A stretch of 64,000 bases of DNA from Heptranchias perlo (lineage: Eukaryota): positions 36,766,001-36,830,000 of the forward strand of contig NC_090336.1 in assembly GCF_035084215.1 (NCBI RefSeq), written 5' to 3'. The notes beneath the pieces were generated by a model. That model saw nothing but the letters and a program-made list of their open reading frames with translations. It was not told where the DNA came from and ran no database searches. Both the position numbers and the translations under genes were made by a program. Below, piece by piece: positions 25,129 to 37,555 of this stretch (within the stretch, counting starts at the first letter, position 1; each line of letters begins with the position of its first letter).

Positions 25129-26021
25129 TTGTAAACAATTTTACAACACCAAGTGATAGTCCAGCAATTTTATTTTAAATTCACAAGCTTTCGGAGGCTT
25201 CCTCCTTCGTCAGGTGAAAATGTGAAAATGAAATCCTCGAAATGAAATCGCATTTATAATTCACAGAACAATGCTTGGTGAGTACAGACAGTTTTTTCAA
25301 CTGCCCGTTGCCAAGGCAATCAGTGTGCAGACAGACAGGTGTTACCTGCCAGGTCTCACAGAATATACAAATCACCAAAAAAAAAACAACAAACAAAAAA
25401 AACAGAGATAGAGAGGTGGAAACATAGAAAAGACAGCAACTGACCCGTTATATTAAAAACAGATAACATTTGTTCGCTGGTGGGGTAACGTGTAGCGTGA
25501 CATGAACCCAAGATCCCGGTTGAGGCCGTCCTCATGGGTGCGGAACTTGGCTATCAATTTAGCCAAGTTCCGCACCCATGAGGACGGCCTCAACCGGGAT
25601 CTTGGGTTCATGTCACGCTACACGTTACCCCACCAGCGAACAAATGTTATCTGTTTTTAATATAACCGGTCAGTTGCTGTCTTTTCTATGTTTCTACCTC
25701 TCTATCTCTGTTTTTTTTGTTTGTTGTTTTTTTTTTGGTGATTTGTATATTCTGTGAGACCTGGCAGGTAACACCTGTCTGTCTGCACACTGATTGCCTT
25801 GGCAACGGGCAGTTGAAAAAACTGTCTGTACTCACCAAGCATTGTTCTGTGAATTATAAATGCGATTTCATTTCGAGGATTTCATTTTCACATTTTCACC
25901 TGACGAAGGAGGAAGCCTCCGAAAGCTTGTGAATTTAAAATAAAATTGCTGGACTATCACTTGGTGTTGTAAAATTGTTTACAATTGTCAACCCCAGTCC
26001 ATCACCGGCATCTCCACATCA
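25129..26021. mobile_element. Penelope-like element as a fold-back palindrome (425-bp arms, 6-nt loop, 37-nt unpaired tail)
   Basis: Arms 25129-25553 and 25560-25984 are reverse complements (2 mismatches seen); TSD ttaataattcag (25117-25128, 26022-26033); centre matches the GIY-YIG ORF end of the 37390 copy. Confidence 0.95.
25895..25933 (+). ncRNA. Minimal type I hammerhead ribozyme motif (mirror copy at 25180-25218, minus strand)
   Basis: TTCAC-CTGACGA-A-GGAGG-AAG-CCTCC-GAAA-GC-TT-GTGAA: stem I TTCAC/GTGAA, core CUGANGA and GAAA, stem II GGAGG/CCTCC, palindromic AGCT in place of stem III. Confidence 0.78.
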
Positions 26022-27410
26022 TTAATAATTCAGGTGAGACTCTTCATTCAGATCAATTTGATTTTGGCTCTCCGCTTTCCATCATAATCTTGGAGCAATA
26101 AATCAGACCCCTGCCAGGCAACTTAGACTATTTTGAAGTCTAGGTGGCAGCAGCGTGAAAACTGCCTTAAATGTAGGAAAATCACGATCACCATTGATTT
26201 TGATGGGGAGGGCGGATTTATCCTAATTAACTTCTAACTGTTTTCAGTGAGGGCAACGGTAGAGAAGTCCCAGGAAAAAATGGAGTGGCATAATTAATGG
26301 CGTAAGTCACTTACTCCGTAATTTCCTCGTTCTTTTGTGCCGTTCAAGGATCCCTACAATGTAAATGCGCCATTTTAATGACGCAAGTCCCCAGAAAAAT
26401 CTGGGCCACAGTTTGCAGCAAGTACAAATAATTCTTATCCCTGGATCACAACTGCAAGGACAAATTACATAAAAAGTAGTTTCTGGATCCTGAGGAACTT
26501 GGTCTGCTTATGGGAATTGCTGTGAAACTGTTGAAAGGGAAAATAGTATTTTAAAAACCTAAATCATAACACATTGCATAGACTCTACATTTCATATGCT
26601 AACAGCGTACTGCAATTGGGAATGATCGCTAGACCTGGCTCATTCAACCACCATAAGGGCAGATCACATAAAAAATACATCATGAGGAATTAGGTCTGCT
26701 TACAGAACATATGTGAAACAGTTGGAAAAGGATTGTAGCTATTTGAAATACAATTAAAACCTCTACTATAATGCAATATAACCACACACAATAATTTTAG
26801 GTGAAACTGGATTTGAGGTAAAAGGTTATTGTTCATTCCACTGCACCAGAGGCCCCCAGTGCCTTTCATTTTTAGAAATGTGCACTTAATGTTCTGAGAA
26901 GATAAAATAAGGCTGCTGTTCAGTCCAAACCAGCTCCTCTCCCTTAGAAACTGATAACCGCCTGCCATCCACTATCACTTGGAAGTGTTCATCACAACAA
27001 ATTGCTACTAGATACTTGAAGTATGACCTCCAGCAGGTCGCAACATCCCACATTGATTGCAAAACATGCCTAACATAGGCTGAACTCCATTAGTATATTA
27101 ACTAGCTAGCAAGCAACTTTCCACATGTAACAATAGAAAGTATTGAAATGTCTTATGTTTTTAATACACTATTTTTATTACTAGTACTATATGAACAGAG
27201 CGCAAAAAGAGTAATGTTAAATTATCTACTTTGTTCAACTCTCAAAGAAAACACTTACAATCATCACTCATGAGAATCAGGGTTTTCATCATCTGTGTAG
27301 CCTCCAAGGATTCAATAAGTGAATGAATTAAATAATTAAACACAAGCACTTTCAGAAAATTATATATTTTTAAAATGCAGAAAGATAACAATCATAATAG
27401 ACAAATTTAC

Positions 27411-27533
27411 CTTGAATATTTCTGGGTGATCCAGTTGGGACACCAGCACCAAACTTTTAGGTGCAAACACCTGTGCTGGTTGGATTAACCCTGTATCCTC
27501 CTCTTCACCTTCTGTTTCATCACATTTAGCTCC
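27411..27533 (-). CDS. SBF2: SBF2/MTMR13 coding exon (corresponds to human exon 4)
   Basis: ctatag|GAKCDETEGEEEDTGLIQPAQVFAPKSLVLVSQLDHPEIFK|gtaaat; 123 nt, phase 0; DENN motif FAPKSLVLVS. Confidence 0.95.
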
Positions 27534-27874
27534 CTATAGCATATTGAAGAGATTGAAATAAATGTGTGTCTACACACAAAGAAAGCCCAAGTGCATACAG
27601 TATCAACTTGCATTTTTCCACATTCAGGAAATATAAATTCAAATTTAAAGCCAAAAAAATATCAACACATTTTCTTCATGCTTTGTCAAAATCCTAAAGC
27701 TGTGAAACAAAGTAAGTCATGATAGCTTGCCACACGGTACTATGATGAAGTAGGCTATATCAACGTTTCTAGAAATAATTTTGTCAATTATATCTATTCT
27801 GATGCATCAATCACATCAAATTGAAATTTTAATAGTTTCCTTTTGACCACAGATGACCAATCAACACATAAAGG

Positions 27875-28160
27875 CAGATTTGCATTTACATTGCACCTTA
27901 ACACCTCCCTCTACTTTTTGAAGTAGTCATTACTGTTATGTAGGCGAATAAGGCAGCCAAGATTTCAGAAGTTGTACTGAACTGAATGACCAGTTAATCT
28001 GGGTTTTTTTGGTGGTGTTGATGGAAGAAAAAATATTACAACATCAGTAGAACTCGCTGCTCTTTTTTACGTCCACCTGAACAGGCAGACAGGCCTTAGT
28101 TTGACCTCTCATCTGAAAGACGGCATCACCAATTACCAGTACTCCCTCAGTACTGCATTA
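27875..28160 (-). mobile_element. DeuSINE (SacSINE1-like) remnant
   Basis: gtccacctgaacaggcagac...tcatctgaaagacggcatc...ctccctcagtactgca is homologous to the reverse complement of the 45679 SINE. Confidence 0.7.
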
Positions 28161-28169
28161 AGGTGTCCA

Positions 28170-31100
28170 GTCCAAGAGTAGGTGCCCAATCACATATGCA
28201 AGAGGCAAGAGCCATATTGGTGCTCGTGCCTCATTTGATTAAAATTGCCAAGCTGCCAGCGCTATTCATGCTGTTCATTGGCAGTCCACCAATGGGGGGG
28301 GGGGGGGGGGGGGGGGGAGAAATCAGGTATCACAGTTGCCATTTAAAGGCAGCCCGCACCACTTAAAAGGGTGCACTCAATTTCAATTCAGTTAAACAGT
28401 CAAAATGGCAGGCGGAGGTAATGAAGGGTTCCGATTGTCCAACGTTGCTCTGGAGGTGTTGGTGAAGGAGGTCAGCAAGAAGAGCGAGGTCCTCTTTTCA
28501 TACAGCAGCAGAAGAGTCTCCTAGGCAAGTTTCCTGGCAGCAGTGGGCAGAGGTGGCACAGTTAGCCATTGCAAGAAGCAGTGCACCCAGGTCCTGGTTG
28601 CAATGCAGAAAGTTTAATGATCTGACAAAGAAATCTAATGCATACCTCTCATTACTCTCTGATTAGTCCTGCACCACCTGTAGCCCCAGCACTCTCAACC
28701 CTTCCCTCCCTCACTTCCTATCACTCTCCTGCAATTACTGCAGCAGATTTCATCGACCACCTTCTACTCCTACTGCAGCACTCTGCCTCTGTTACTGTCC
28801 TCACAATTACTTCCCTCACACCTTTGCCATCTTTCACACACCATCCACAATATCCTACCCTGACATACACATACTCAAAACATCTCGGTGGGCCAAGACT
28901 AACACACTGCATTCTTTTTTGCAGAACAAGTTGGCACACAATACAAGGGAGCAGGCAGGACAGAAATATGGCTACTGTCAATCCATGTACTGTCCCAACC
29001 ACAAGAGCAGGTTTTGGACATTGTGGGCGGGGGCACATCAGGAAATTAGCAACTGGCGAGACTCAAGGATACGTACCCCAAGGTTTTGGGCCATCTTACC
29101 CTCTTTCCCTTCTCACTGAAATCTCATCCCGAACGCACTATGCATGACATCTTTCTCTGCTTACCCTAGCCATTAAATGCTAACCCTTGTCCCTCTCTTC
29201 CATTTCGGGAGCAGCATATGTAGATGGCCCAGTGGGAGCAGTGGAAGAGAAGGACAGCCCTCCAGAAGATGAAGCATCACTCGACCTTAACCTAGCAAGC
29301 ACCAGCTCAGAGACTGGCATCCTGCAGTTTAGAGGGTCAGGTAGAGGGGTCTGCACTGGAAGATTCACCCTGCACAAGTGCACAGGAGCATTGGCAGGTA
29401 GATAGGGCGGTCAAGGAACCGGCTCACCGGAGGATGAGCTTGCATTTACTCCTGCTGTAGGGGGCACAAATGTCAACTTCGAGGGCCCAATCTACAGAAG
29501 ACCGACGGCTATACATCAGGAACTTCTAAGTGCCTGTGAGCTTGCACACAATATCAGAGAACATGGAGTAGTTCAGCACCAACTGTGTGGGGTCTTCACA
29601 CACAGCATCAAAACCATGTAGACACCATGGAGCAAGTGGTCAGCTCGATGAACACTGCAGTGGGGCCCACAGTAAGCCTCTGACGATAGCTTTGATGGGA
29701 GCCTGCTGCCATCTTGGGTCTGGAGTCAAGCATATCCTCTGACTTTCAAAGCATGAAGGAGAGCATGGATAGGAGAGCACCACATCACATCTGCACTCTG
29801 TTCTTGCGCAGCACGATAGGAGTGCTTAGGCACAGCCCCACGAGAGTGGCATTGGCTCCATGGGCGAGGCATATGCTGTACCCTCTCAGGATGACAGCAC
29901 ACCTGCTTCCCGCCAGCCTCTCAACCAGTGCCCTTGTTGGCGACAGACAACCAGCTGAGCCAGACTGCACTGGCCGCGCCAAGATACTGCAGCCTGTAGC
30001 CAGGCACCTTGCAGCTTGAGCTCCTTGAGGTCATCCACCACAACCATCTCAAGTGCCTTCCGTGGATGATCAGCAGCCTTCCACCTCCCTTGCCATAGCC
30101 ACTGGGGAACCACCTCATCGGTGCACCAGAATAGGCAAACCAGCATAGGAGTTGGGCACTCGGGGTTTGCAAAAGGGTGATTTTTGGTTCACTATGTTCA
30201 ATATATGCAATTATCAAAAGAGTGATGAAGTATCTTAGTGTTGTAAACTTTTTTTTGGGATTACTGTTGGTCTTAATATTCCTAGTAATGTAAGTGCAAC
30301 ACCCATGAATATTTGAGGGCATTCAAATGGCAGGTGTAAGGATGGTAGGAGAGACTGTTGGTGCATTGGGGGATGGAGGGATTCTTCAAGTGAACCTCTC
30401 ATCAATAATTTGCTGCCTTCGAGCTCTGGCAGCTGGCAGCACTGTTGGGCCTTGCTCTTCCTCTGGACCCTCTGCTTCCTGATCATCTTGCTGTTGTTCC
30501 TCCTCTGGCAGCTCCAAGGTTTGCCCCTTCACATAGCAAAGTTCTGCAGCATACAAATATGATGATAAATTTTGAGACTCGCTCAGGACTGCATTGAAGG
30601 ATGTTTCCAGAGCTGTCCAGACGGCGGAACCTATGTTTTAAAATCACAATTGCCTGCTCTATCAAGCTCTGGTGGAGGCTTGGCTCTGATTGTAGTACTT
30701 CTTAGCATCTGTGTTCGAGTACCTAACAGAAGTCATGAGCCAGGTAGTGAGCAGATATCCCTTGACTCCAAACAGCTAGCCTGACACCCGGTGGTCTGGG
30801 TGGAAGAAAGGGACATTGTGGGCTGGCGCAGAATGAAAGCATCATGACTACTGCCAGGAAACCAAACACAGACCTGCATGATTCTCTGCCTGTAATCAGA
30901 CACGAGTCGCACGTTCAAGGAATGGAAGCCTTTCCTGTTATAGTGCATTGCTGGTTGTTCAAAGCGAGCATACAGGGCGACATGGGTCCAGTCTATGATC
31001 CCTGCACCTGAAGAAATCCAACAATTCAGGCAAATCCCACAGTCTTTTCTCTTGCTTGGCAGCCTCCATGGGGAAAGTTGATGAAATCCTGCCACTTAGC

Positions 31101-31210
31101 AAAGAGTGCATCGGATGGAACTGTGCACAGCAAACTCACTTGTAATGCTTATGTCACCTGTTGCAGTCTGGAATGAACCGGGGCAGAAAAGTTGACAGCT
31201 ATAGTGATCT
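28170..31210. mobile_element. Degenerate Harbinger transposon with convergent Myb/SANT gene (+, ATG 28405) and DDE transposase (-, ~30400-31210)
   Basis: Plus: FRLSNVALEVLVKEV...WAEVA...RSWLQCRK.FNDLTK. Minus: IIDWTHVAL...YNRKGFHSLNVRLVSD...FPGSSHDAFIL and IEQAIVILKHRFRRLDSSG..LQ.SPERVSKFI. Many stops and frameshifts. Confidence 0.88.
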
Positions 31211-31249
31211 CAACAGCCACACTCAGTGCTGTGCATTCCTAGTGCTGGG

Positions 31250-31633
31250 CTCCAATTCTTGGATGTGGGTGTCGCTGGCATGACCAATATTTTTTGCCCA
31301 TCCCTAGTTGCCCTGAGTTGGTGGTGGTGGGCCGCTTCCTTGAACCGCTGCAGTCCGTGTGATTTATTGTAGCATTTCGATACAACTAAGGCCACTTCAC
31401 AGGGTAACTAAAAGTCAATGGCGTTGGTTGAAACTGGAGTCACATATAGGCCAGATCGAGTAAAGACAATATTTTTCTTTCCCTAAAGGACATGAATGAA
31501 TCATGTTGGGTTATTATGAGATTCTGACAGCTTCATGGTCACTTTTACTGATACTAGCTTTTTATTTCCAGATTTTAACTGAATTCAAATTCTCAAACTG
31601 CCACGGTGCGATTTGGATTACTAGTCCTGTAAC
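31250..31633 (-). mobile_element. Internally deleted, SINE-like derivative of the tRNA-headed LINE (5' region joined to 3' tail)
   Basis: 31260-31360 matches the 3' tail of the 48441 element; 31390-31633 matches its 5' region (51260-51546). Confidence 0.75.
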
Positions 31634-32097
31634 CAGAGATTTACCTCAATTGAGGTGAGGAACCCTTTAAAGGCCGCTAATGCATCCTGCCTCAATTGGA
31701 AAGCATGAGGTTTCCTTGTCTGATTGCAGAACCTTTCAAAGCATTTGTATCCAACCCAATAACATCAGGAGCTTCTTCTGGATTGTACCACAGGTGGAGT
31801 TCACAAACCAGCAGCTACTGTCTCATCATTATTGGTCATCGTTCTTCATTCCCACAATGCTTATGTAATTTTTTTCTGGAGAAGCGGATGGAACTCTAAG
31901 CTCCCATTTCTCAGCTCTTCTTTTGTATCAGGCAACATTTATTTCTTTTTTTATTTTGTCTTCAAAGTGAGGGTTGCAATTTTTTTTAACCCAAATCATA
32001 AACTTGCCACTGTTTCAAGAATTTGTATTCAGCGGTATTTAAAGGGTTTCATACCTCAACTGAGGTAAATCTCTGGTTACTGGACTAGTAATCCAGA

Positions 32098-33158
32098 GAA
32101 ATTCTGCTGCTGATGACTCACAGCGCCTCATGAATGCCCAGTTTTGAGCTGCTAGATCTGTTCTGAATCTATCCCATTTAGCACGGTTGTAGTGCAACAC
32201 AACACGTTGGATAGTATCCTCAGTGTGAAGACGGGACTTCGTCTCCACAAGGACTATGCGGTGGTCACTTCTACCAATACTGTCATGGACAGATGCATCT
32301 ACGACAGGTAGATTGGTGAGGACAAGGTCAAGTCGGTTTTTCCCCTCGTGTTGGTTCGCTCACCACCTGCCGCAGGCCTAGTCTGGCAGCTATGTCCTTC
32401 AGGACTCGGTTAGCTCGGTCAGTACTGGTGCTACCGAGCCACTCTTGGTGATGGACATTGAAGTCCCCCACCCAGAGTACATTTTGTGCCCTTGCTACCT
32501 TCAGTGCTTCCTCCAAGCGGTGCTCAACATGGAGGAGAACTGATTCATCAGCTGAGGGAGGACAGTAGGTGGTAATCAGCAGGAGGTTTCCTTGCCCATG
32601 TTTGACCTGAAACCATGAGATTTCATGGGGTCCGGAGTCAACGTTGAGAACTCCCAGGGCCACTCCCTCCTGACTGTATACCACTGTACTGCCACCTCTG
32701 GTAGGACAGGACATACCCAGGGATGGTGATGGAAGAGTCTGGGACGTTGGCTGAAAGGTATGAATCTGTGAGTATGCCTTTGTCAGGTCCGGTGCCTCAT
32801 GGTCCGATGCCGGGTGGTCCATTCGGTTTTATTCTTATTGTGACTTTCTGTAGCGAGATTGTACAACTGCGTGGCTTGCTCGGCCATTTCAGAGGGCAAT
32901 TAAGAATGAACGACATTGCTGTGGGTCTGGAGTCACATATTGTCCAGACCGGGTAAGGACGGCAGTTTTCCTTCCCTAATGAACATTAGTGAACCACATG
33001 GGTTTTTACGACAATCCGATTTCAGATTTAATTTAATTTAATTAATTGAATTTAAATTCACCAGCTGCTGGGGTGAGATTTGAACTCATGACTCCGGATT
33101 ATTAGTCCAGGCCTCTAGATTACTCGTCCAGTAACATAACCACTGTGTTAACATACCC
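32098..33158 (-). mobile_element. tRNA-headed single-ORF LINE, 5' part only (head + APE endonuclease)
   Basis: LLITTYCPPSADES...VLWVGDFNVHHQEWLGS...EPTRG; head taacacagtgg...gagttcaaatc. Confidence 0.88.
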
Positions 33159-33164
33159 TTTATA

Positions 33165-34122
33165 TTAAGTGACTTGGACTTGGTTGTGCAGGGCACAATT
33201 TCAAAATTTGCAGATGACACATAACTTGGAAGGGTAGTAAACGGTGAGGAGGATAGTGATAGACTTCAAGAGGATATAGACAGGCTGGTGGCATGGGCGG
33301 ACACGTGACAGATGGAATTTAACGCAGAAAAATGCGAAGTGATACATTTCAGTAGGAAGAACAAGGAGAGGCAATATAAACTAGAGGGCACAACTCTAAA
33401 AGGGGTACAGGAACAGAGAGATCTCGGGGTATATGTGCACAAATCGTTGAAGGTGGCAGGGCAGGTTGAAAAAGTGGTTAAAAAAGCATACGGGATCCTG
33501 GGCTTTATAAATAGAGGCATAGAGTACAAAAGTATGGAAGTCATGATGAACCTTTATAAAACATTGGTTTGGCCACAACTGGAGTATTGTGTTCAGTTCT
33601 GGGCACCGCACTTCAGGAAAGATGTGAAGGCCTTAGAGAGGGTGCAGAAGAGATTCATTAGAATGATTCCTGGGATGAGGGACTTTAGTTACATGGATAG
33701 ACTGGAGAAGCTGGGCTGTTCTCCTTGGAACAGAGATGGTATTTGAAAGAGGTATGCAAAATCATGAAGGGTCTAGATAGAGTAGATAGAGAGAAACTGT
33801 TCCCATTGGCGGAAGAGTCAAGAAACAGAGGACACAGATTTAAGGTGATTGGCAAAAGAACCAAAGGTGACGTGAGGAAAAACTTTTTTTTTACACAGCA
33901 AGTGGTTAGGATCTGGAATGCACTGCCCGAGGGGGTGGTGGCGGCAGATTCAATCACGGCCTTCAAAAGGGAACTGGGTAAGTACTTTGAAGGAAAAAAT
34001 TTGCAGGGCTATGGGGATAGGGCGGGGGAGTGGGACTAGCTGGATTGCTCTTGCATAGAGCCGGCGCGGACTCGATGGGCCGAATGGCCCCTTTCCGTTC
34101 TGTAACCTTTCTATGGTTCTAT
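33165..34122 (+). mobile_element. CR1 LINE 3' fragment
   Basis: ISKFADDT, MEFNAEKCEVIHF, LEYCVQFWAP; ttctatggttctat tail. Confidence 0.93.
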
Positions 34123-34684
34123 TTTGTTGTCAGGGTAGCAGCTAAATATTTCTTAAAATATTAGAGAAAAAAATCCTCAAAAATACCCATTGGAGGAATA
34201 CACTGCAACTTCAAGCGGTTGAACCGAACTAAGATATGGCAGAGGATGTTAAATTTTCCATCCCCATATGCACTTACTTTGCAAATGTAAACAGATGTTT
34301 GAACTACTGATTGTTTGGGGATATATTATTCATCTATGTTGTGAGGTTGTTCCTAAGGCACATCATAAAAGTTAGTGCTCGAGAGAATCGAGTAGTAATG
34401 ACAAATCTGCTGCCATCTGCTGGACTACTGTATTATTTTGAACAAGATCATGACTTATTGATTTGTTTTTGCTGAGACAACCACAGGCGAAGCCACATTA
34501 TTGCAAATATCACCGTACATTTAATAATGGAAATATACTTCAATAAATTCAGTTTTATAATATTTAGAAGCACTGTAGCTTTAATACTTTTCAAAGGATA
34601 TAACACAAATTAATCTACCAGACATTTGTTTTTCAATAGCTGTTGGTCAAGTAAAGTATTAATCACACACCCTGAAAACACTAT

Positions 34685-35423
34685 GGGGGTAATTTTAACC
34701 CTCAAGAACGGTAAGCTGGGGGTGGGGAGTAGTAAAAATTGTTGAATTCTTCAGCGGGACCGCTTCCTGGCTCCAACTTCCGGGTTTAACCCAGGTGCGC
34801 TAGAATGCACGCATAACAGAAACCCGGAAGTCCCGTCCCCACTTCAAGCCGGTGGGCCGATACTTAAAGGGACAATGTACCTCATTGCGGTAGTTGAGGC
34901 ACTCAATTTTTTGTGCATTAGAAATGTAAAATGAACTTAACCTTACCTGTTTGGGTTTCCCATCGTTTCTGATTCACGTCAGGCACAAGCAGGCAAGAAG
35001 GGCCGGATCCATGAGATAAGCCCAATAAGCTCACCTGACGCGACAGGACCCCCGCGATCAGCTGACACCCCCCCCCCCCCCCCCACTGCAGCTGTTAACG
35101 TTCCCCACCCCCTCCGATTTCTTCCAAAGCCCAAGATAGCACTCTCCCTCCCTCCTCTCCGATTTGCGGCTCCTATCCCTCCCGACAGGCAACCAGCCCA
35201 TCAATCTGGCTGCCTGACGTGCGGGAAACTCAGAAGCACAAATACTTACCTTCAATTGAGTTGCAATTGCAGAATGCGACGCACTCACTTGACTTCTGGG
35301 TTCCCCCTCCGAATAGCTACCAACCCGCTGGGTTCCTGGCTCCGAGCTACAATCATGCCCTGTGTGTCAGGTGGGTGCAATTCCCGCTCCTCCTCCCGCC
35401 ACTTCCAGATTGAAAATCTATCC
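34685..35423. mobile_element. Non-autonomous Harbinger-like element/MITE
   Basis: Starts GGGGGTAATTTTAACC, imperfect inverted end (tgaaaatctatcc); first ~330 bp homologous to 41147-41510. Confidence 0.65.
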
Positions 35424-35449
35424 TACAGTGTTCATCATAAGAAGTGAAC

Positions 35450-37386
35450 AGAGCGGTTAGGAGAAATTTCTTTACGTAGAGTTGTTGGAGCATGGGTTAC
35501 TTTGCAGTAGACAGTGGTAGAGGGACAGACCATTTCATGTTTTGTAGGAAACATGGATAAACCTTTGAAGCAAAGAAAGGGCAGGGCCATGGGGAGAGCA
35601 GGGTAGTGGGATTCGTTCTGAATTGGTCAAGAGCCGTCACAGCATGATGGGCCAAATGGTCTCCTTCTGTGCTGTAAATGTCTATAGTTCTAAGGCATTG
35701 AAAAAGAAAGAAACAAATGAAAAGCTGAAAAGCTAGAAGTTATATAAAATTCAGTTAATCAAGTAATTGAAAGGCTGAAAAGACACTAGAAAGGTGGATG
35801 AAGAAAACACAAATTAGGAATTATAGACCTACTAGTAAAATATTCATAGTGGGAAAAACAATCAAAAGCTTTTTATGGAATGCATCTAAGTAGTACAGAA
35901 GCCTTGGGCATAGCTTAGCAAAAATCTACCTGTATCCTTTGAGAAGGTAACTAAAATAATAAATGAAAGATATCCAGGTGTGATAATTTACTTGACAGAG
36001 AACATTGATAAAAAAATCCACAAGTGAAGTTGTGATAAGGTGAAATATAAATGCAATTATTTTTATTGAAGAGGATCAATGTCCATGGAATTAATCTTGA
36101 ATAAACCAGGTGGATTAAAAACCATCCTTGCAATAGTTAACAGGAGATGACAAAAATTGAACAATTTGGTGTCATGGGCCACTGAAGTTAGGAATCCATT
36201 CTGTGCCTCCTACTGTTTGAATTATTCAATATGGAAGTGCATCCATGATGGCATCAAATAGCACAGTGAATAAGAGGAACAGAAACATCCAAGAGAGTGG
36301 GCGGGAAAGTGGGTTGAAGGAGGGGGAGAGAGAGAAAAAAAAGAGAAAAAGAAAGAGAGAAAGGAATCCCAAAGCGCTGCACAGCCAATGAATTACTTTG
36401 CAGTGTAGTCACTTGTTTTTTAGGCAAATGTGGGAGCCAAATTGCACATAATAAGGTCCCACAAACAGGAATAAGATGTATGCCTGTTTAATCTGTTTCT
36501 CAGTAGTGTTGGTTGATACATGAATATTGGCCAAGGCAGTTTTGAATTCGAAAAGATTATTATACTTAGTTCATCCATACAAAGAACTCCCATGCTGTTC
36601 TTCAAAAAAAAGCCAAACGATCTATTATGTCCACCGAAACAGGCAGAGAGGGCCTCAGTTTAATATCTCATTCAAAAGATAACACCTCAAGTGTCAGCCT
36701 AGATTATGTACTCATGTCATGGGAATGGGGCTTGAACCGACAACCTTCTGGCTCAGCTGTGTGTCACCACTGAACCAAGCTGACATTGATGAGTTAAGGA
36801 ATTTAATGTCAGCAAAAAATAAGGTAATGTATACAGAAACACAAAACAAAAGGTACACAATGAATGGCTATGCATTAGCAAAGATGGAAAGTATTACTGG
36901 GGTGTATCTTGAAAATATTCAACTGTAAGCCAAAACAAGATAATTTAACTCTGCATAATGCACTGGCCACATTTAGAGCCCTGTGTACAAATTTGGTTCT
37001 GCATTCAAACGGACTTTGATGCACATATGAAAGTTCAGAGAAAAGTGCACAAAAGGAAATTCACATATTGTATCTCATTTGATTGGAAAACAAAAAGATT
37101 GTAGAAAAGAAGATTGAGAGGATAGGTTCCGGGACTTTATAATGGAAGGTTTGAATGTAAATCTAAATAAAGTTATTTAACTTAAATTGTGATTGTAGAA
37201 TCAGAGAAAGCCATTGTAAAATTAACAAGGCTCAAGTAGGACTAAAATTACCATTCCTTACTTACTCAGAAGCAGTGGACATGTAAAACAGAGGGTTGTT
37301 AAGGTATGGAATGCCCTACCGGAAGCAATGGTGTAATCGCGTTTAAAAGGTAACTGGATAAATATTTAAATATGAAGAAATTATGA
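35450..37386 (+). mobile_element. Old CR1 fragments (last one resumes at 39076-39195 after the Penelope insertion), with a minus-strand DeuSINE at ~36365-36785
   Basis: aattatagacct (NYRP), cacatttagagccctgtgtacaaatttgg, tggaatgccctacc; SINE head ggggcttgaacc...accactgaaccaagctgaca. Confidence 0.7.
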
Positions 37387-37555
37387 ATTTTGTAAACAAT
37401 TTTACAACACCAAGTTATAGTCCAGCAATTTTATTTTAAATTCACAAGCTTTCGGAGATTTCCTCCTTCCTCAGGCAAATGTTTCAAGAGCTCCTTGAAG
37501 CCTACGCATTTATACATATAGAACAATACATGGTGTTACATATAGAACAATACAT

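Noticed and set aside
25181-25932. Two identical 71-aa ORFs on opposite strands
   Set aside because: By-product of the Penelope palindrome; they lie in the 3' UTR/pLTR, start at a non-ATG codon and have no recognisable domain.
28294-28318. Long G/C homopolymers (also near 14810, 35067, 58422, 61733) as G-quadruplex elements
   Set aside because: Simple runs, mostly inside repeats; length is unreliable and there is no evidence of function.
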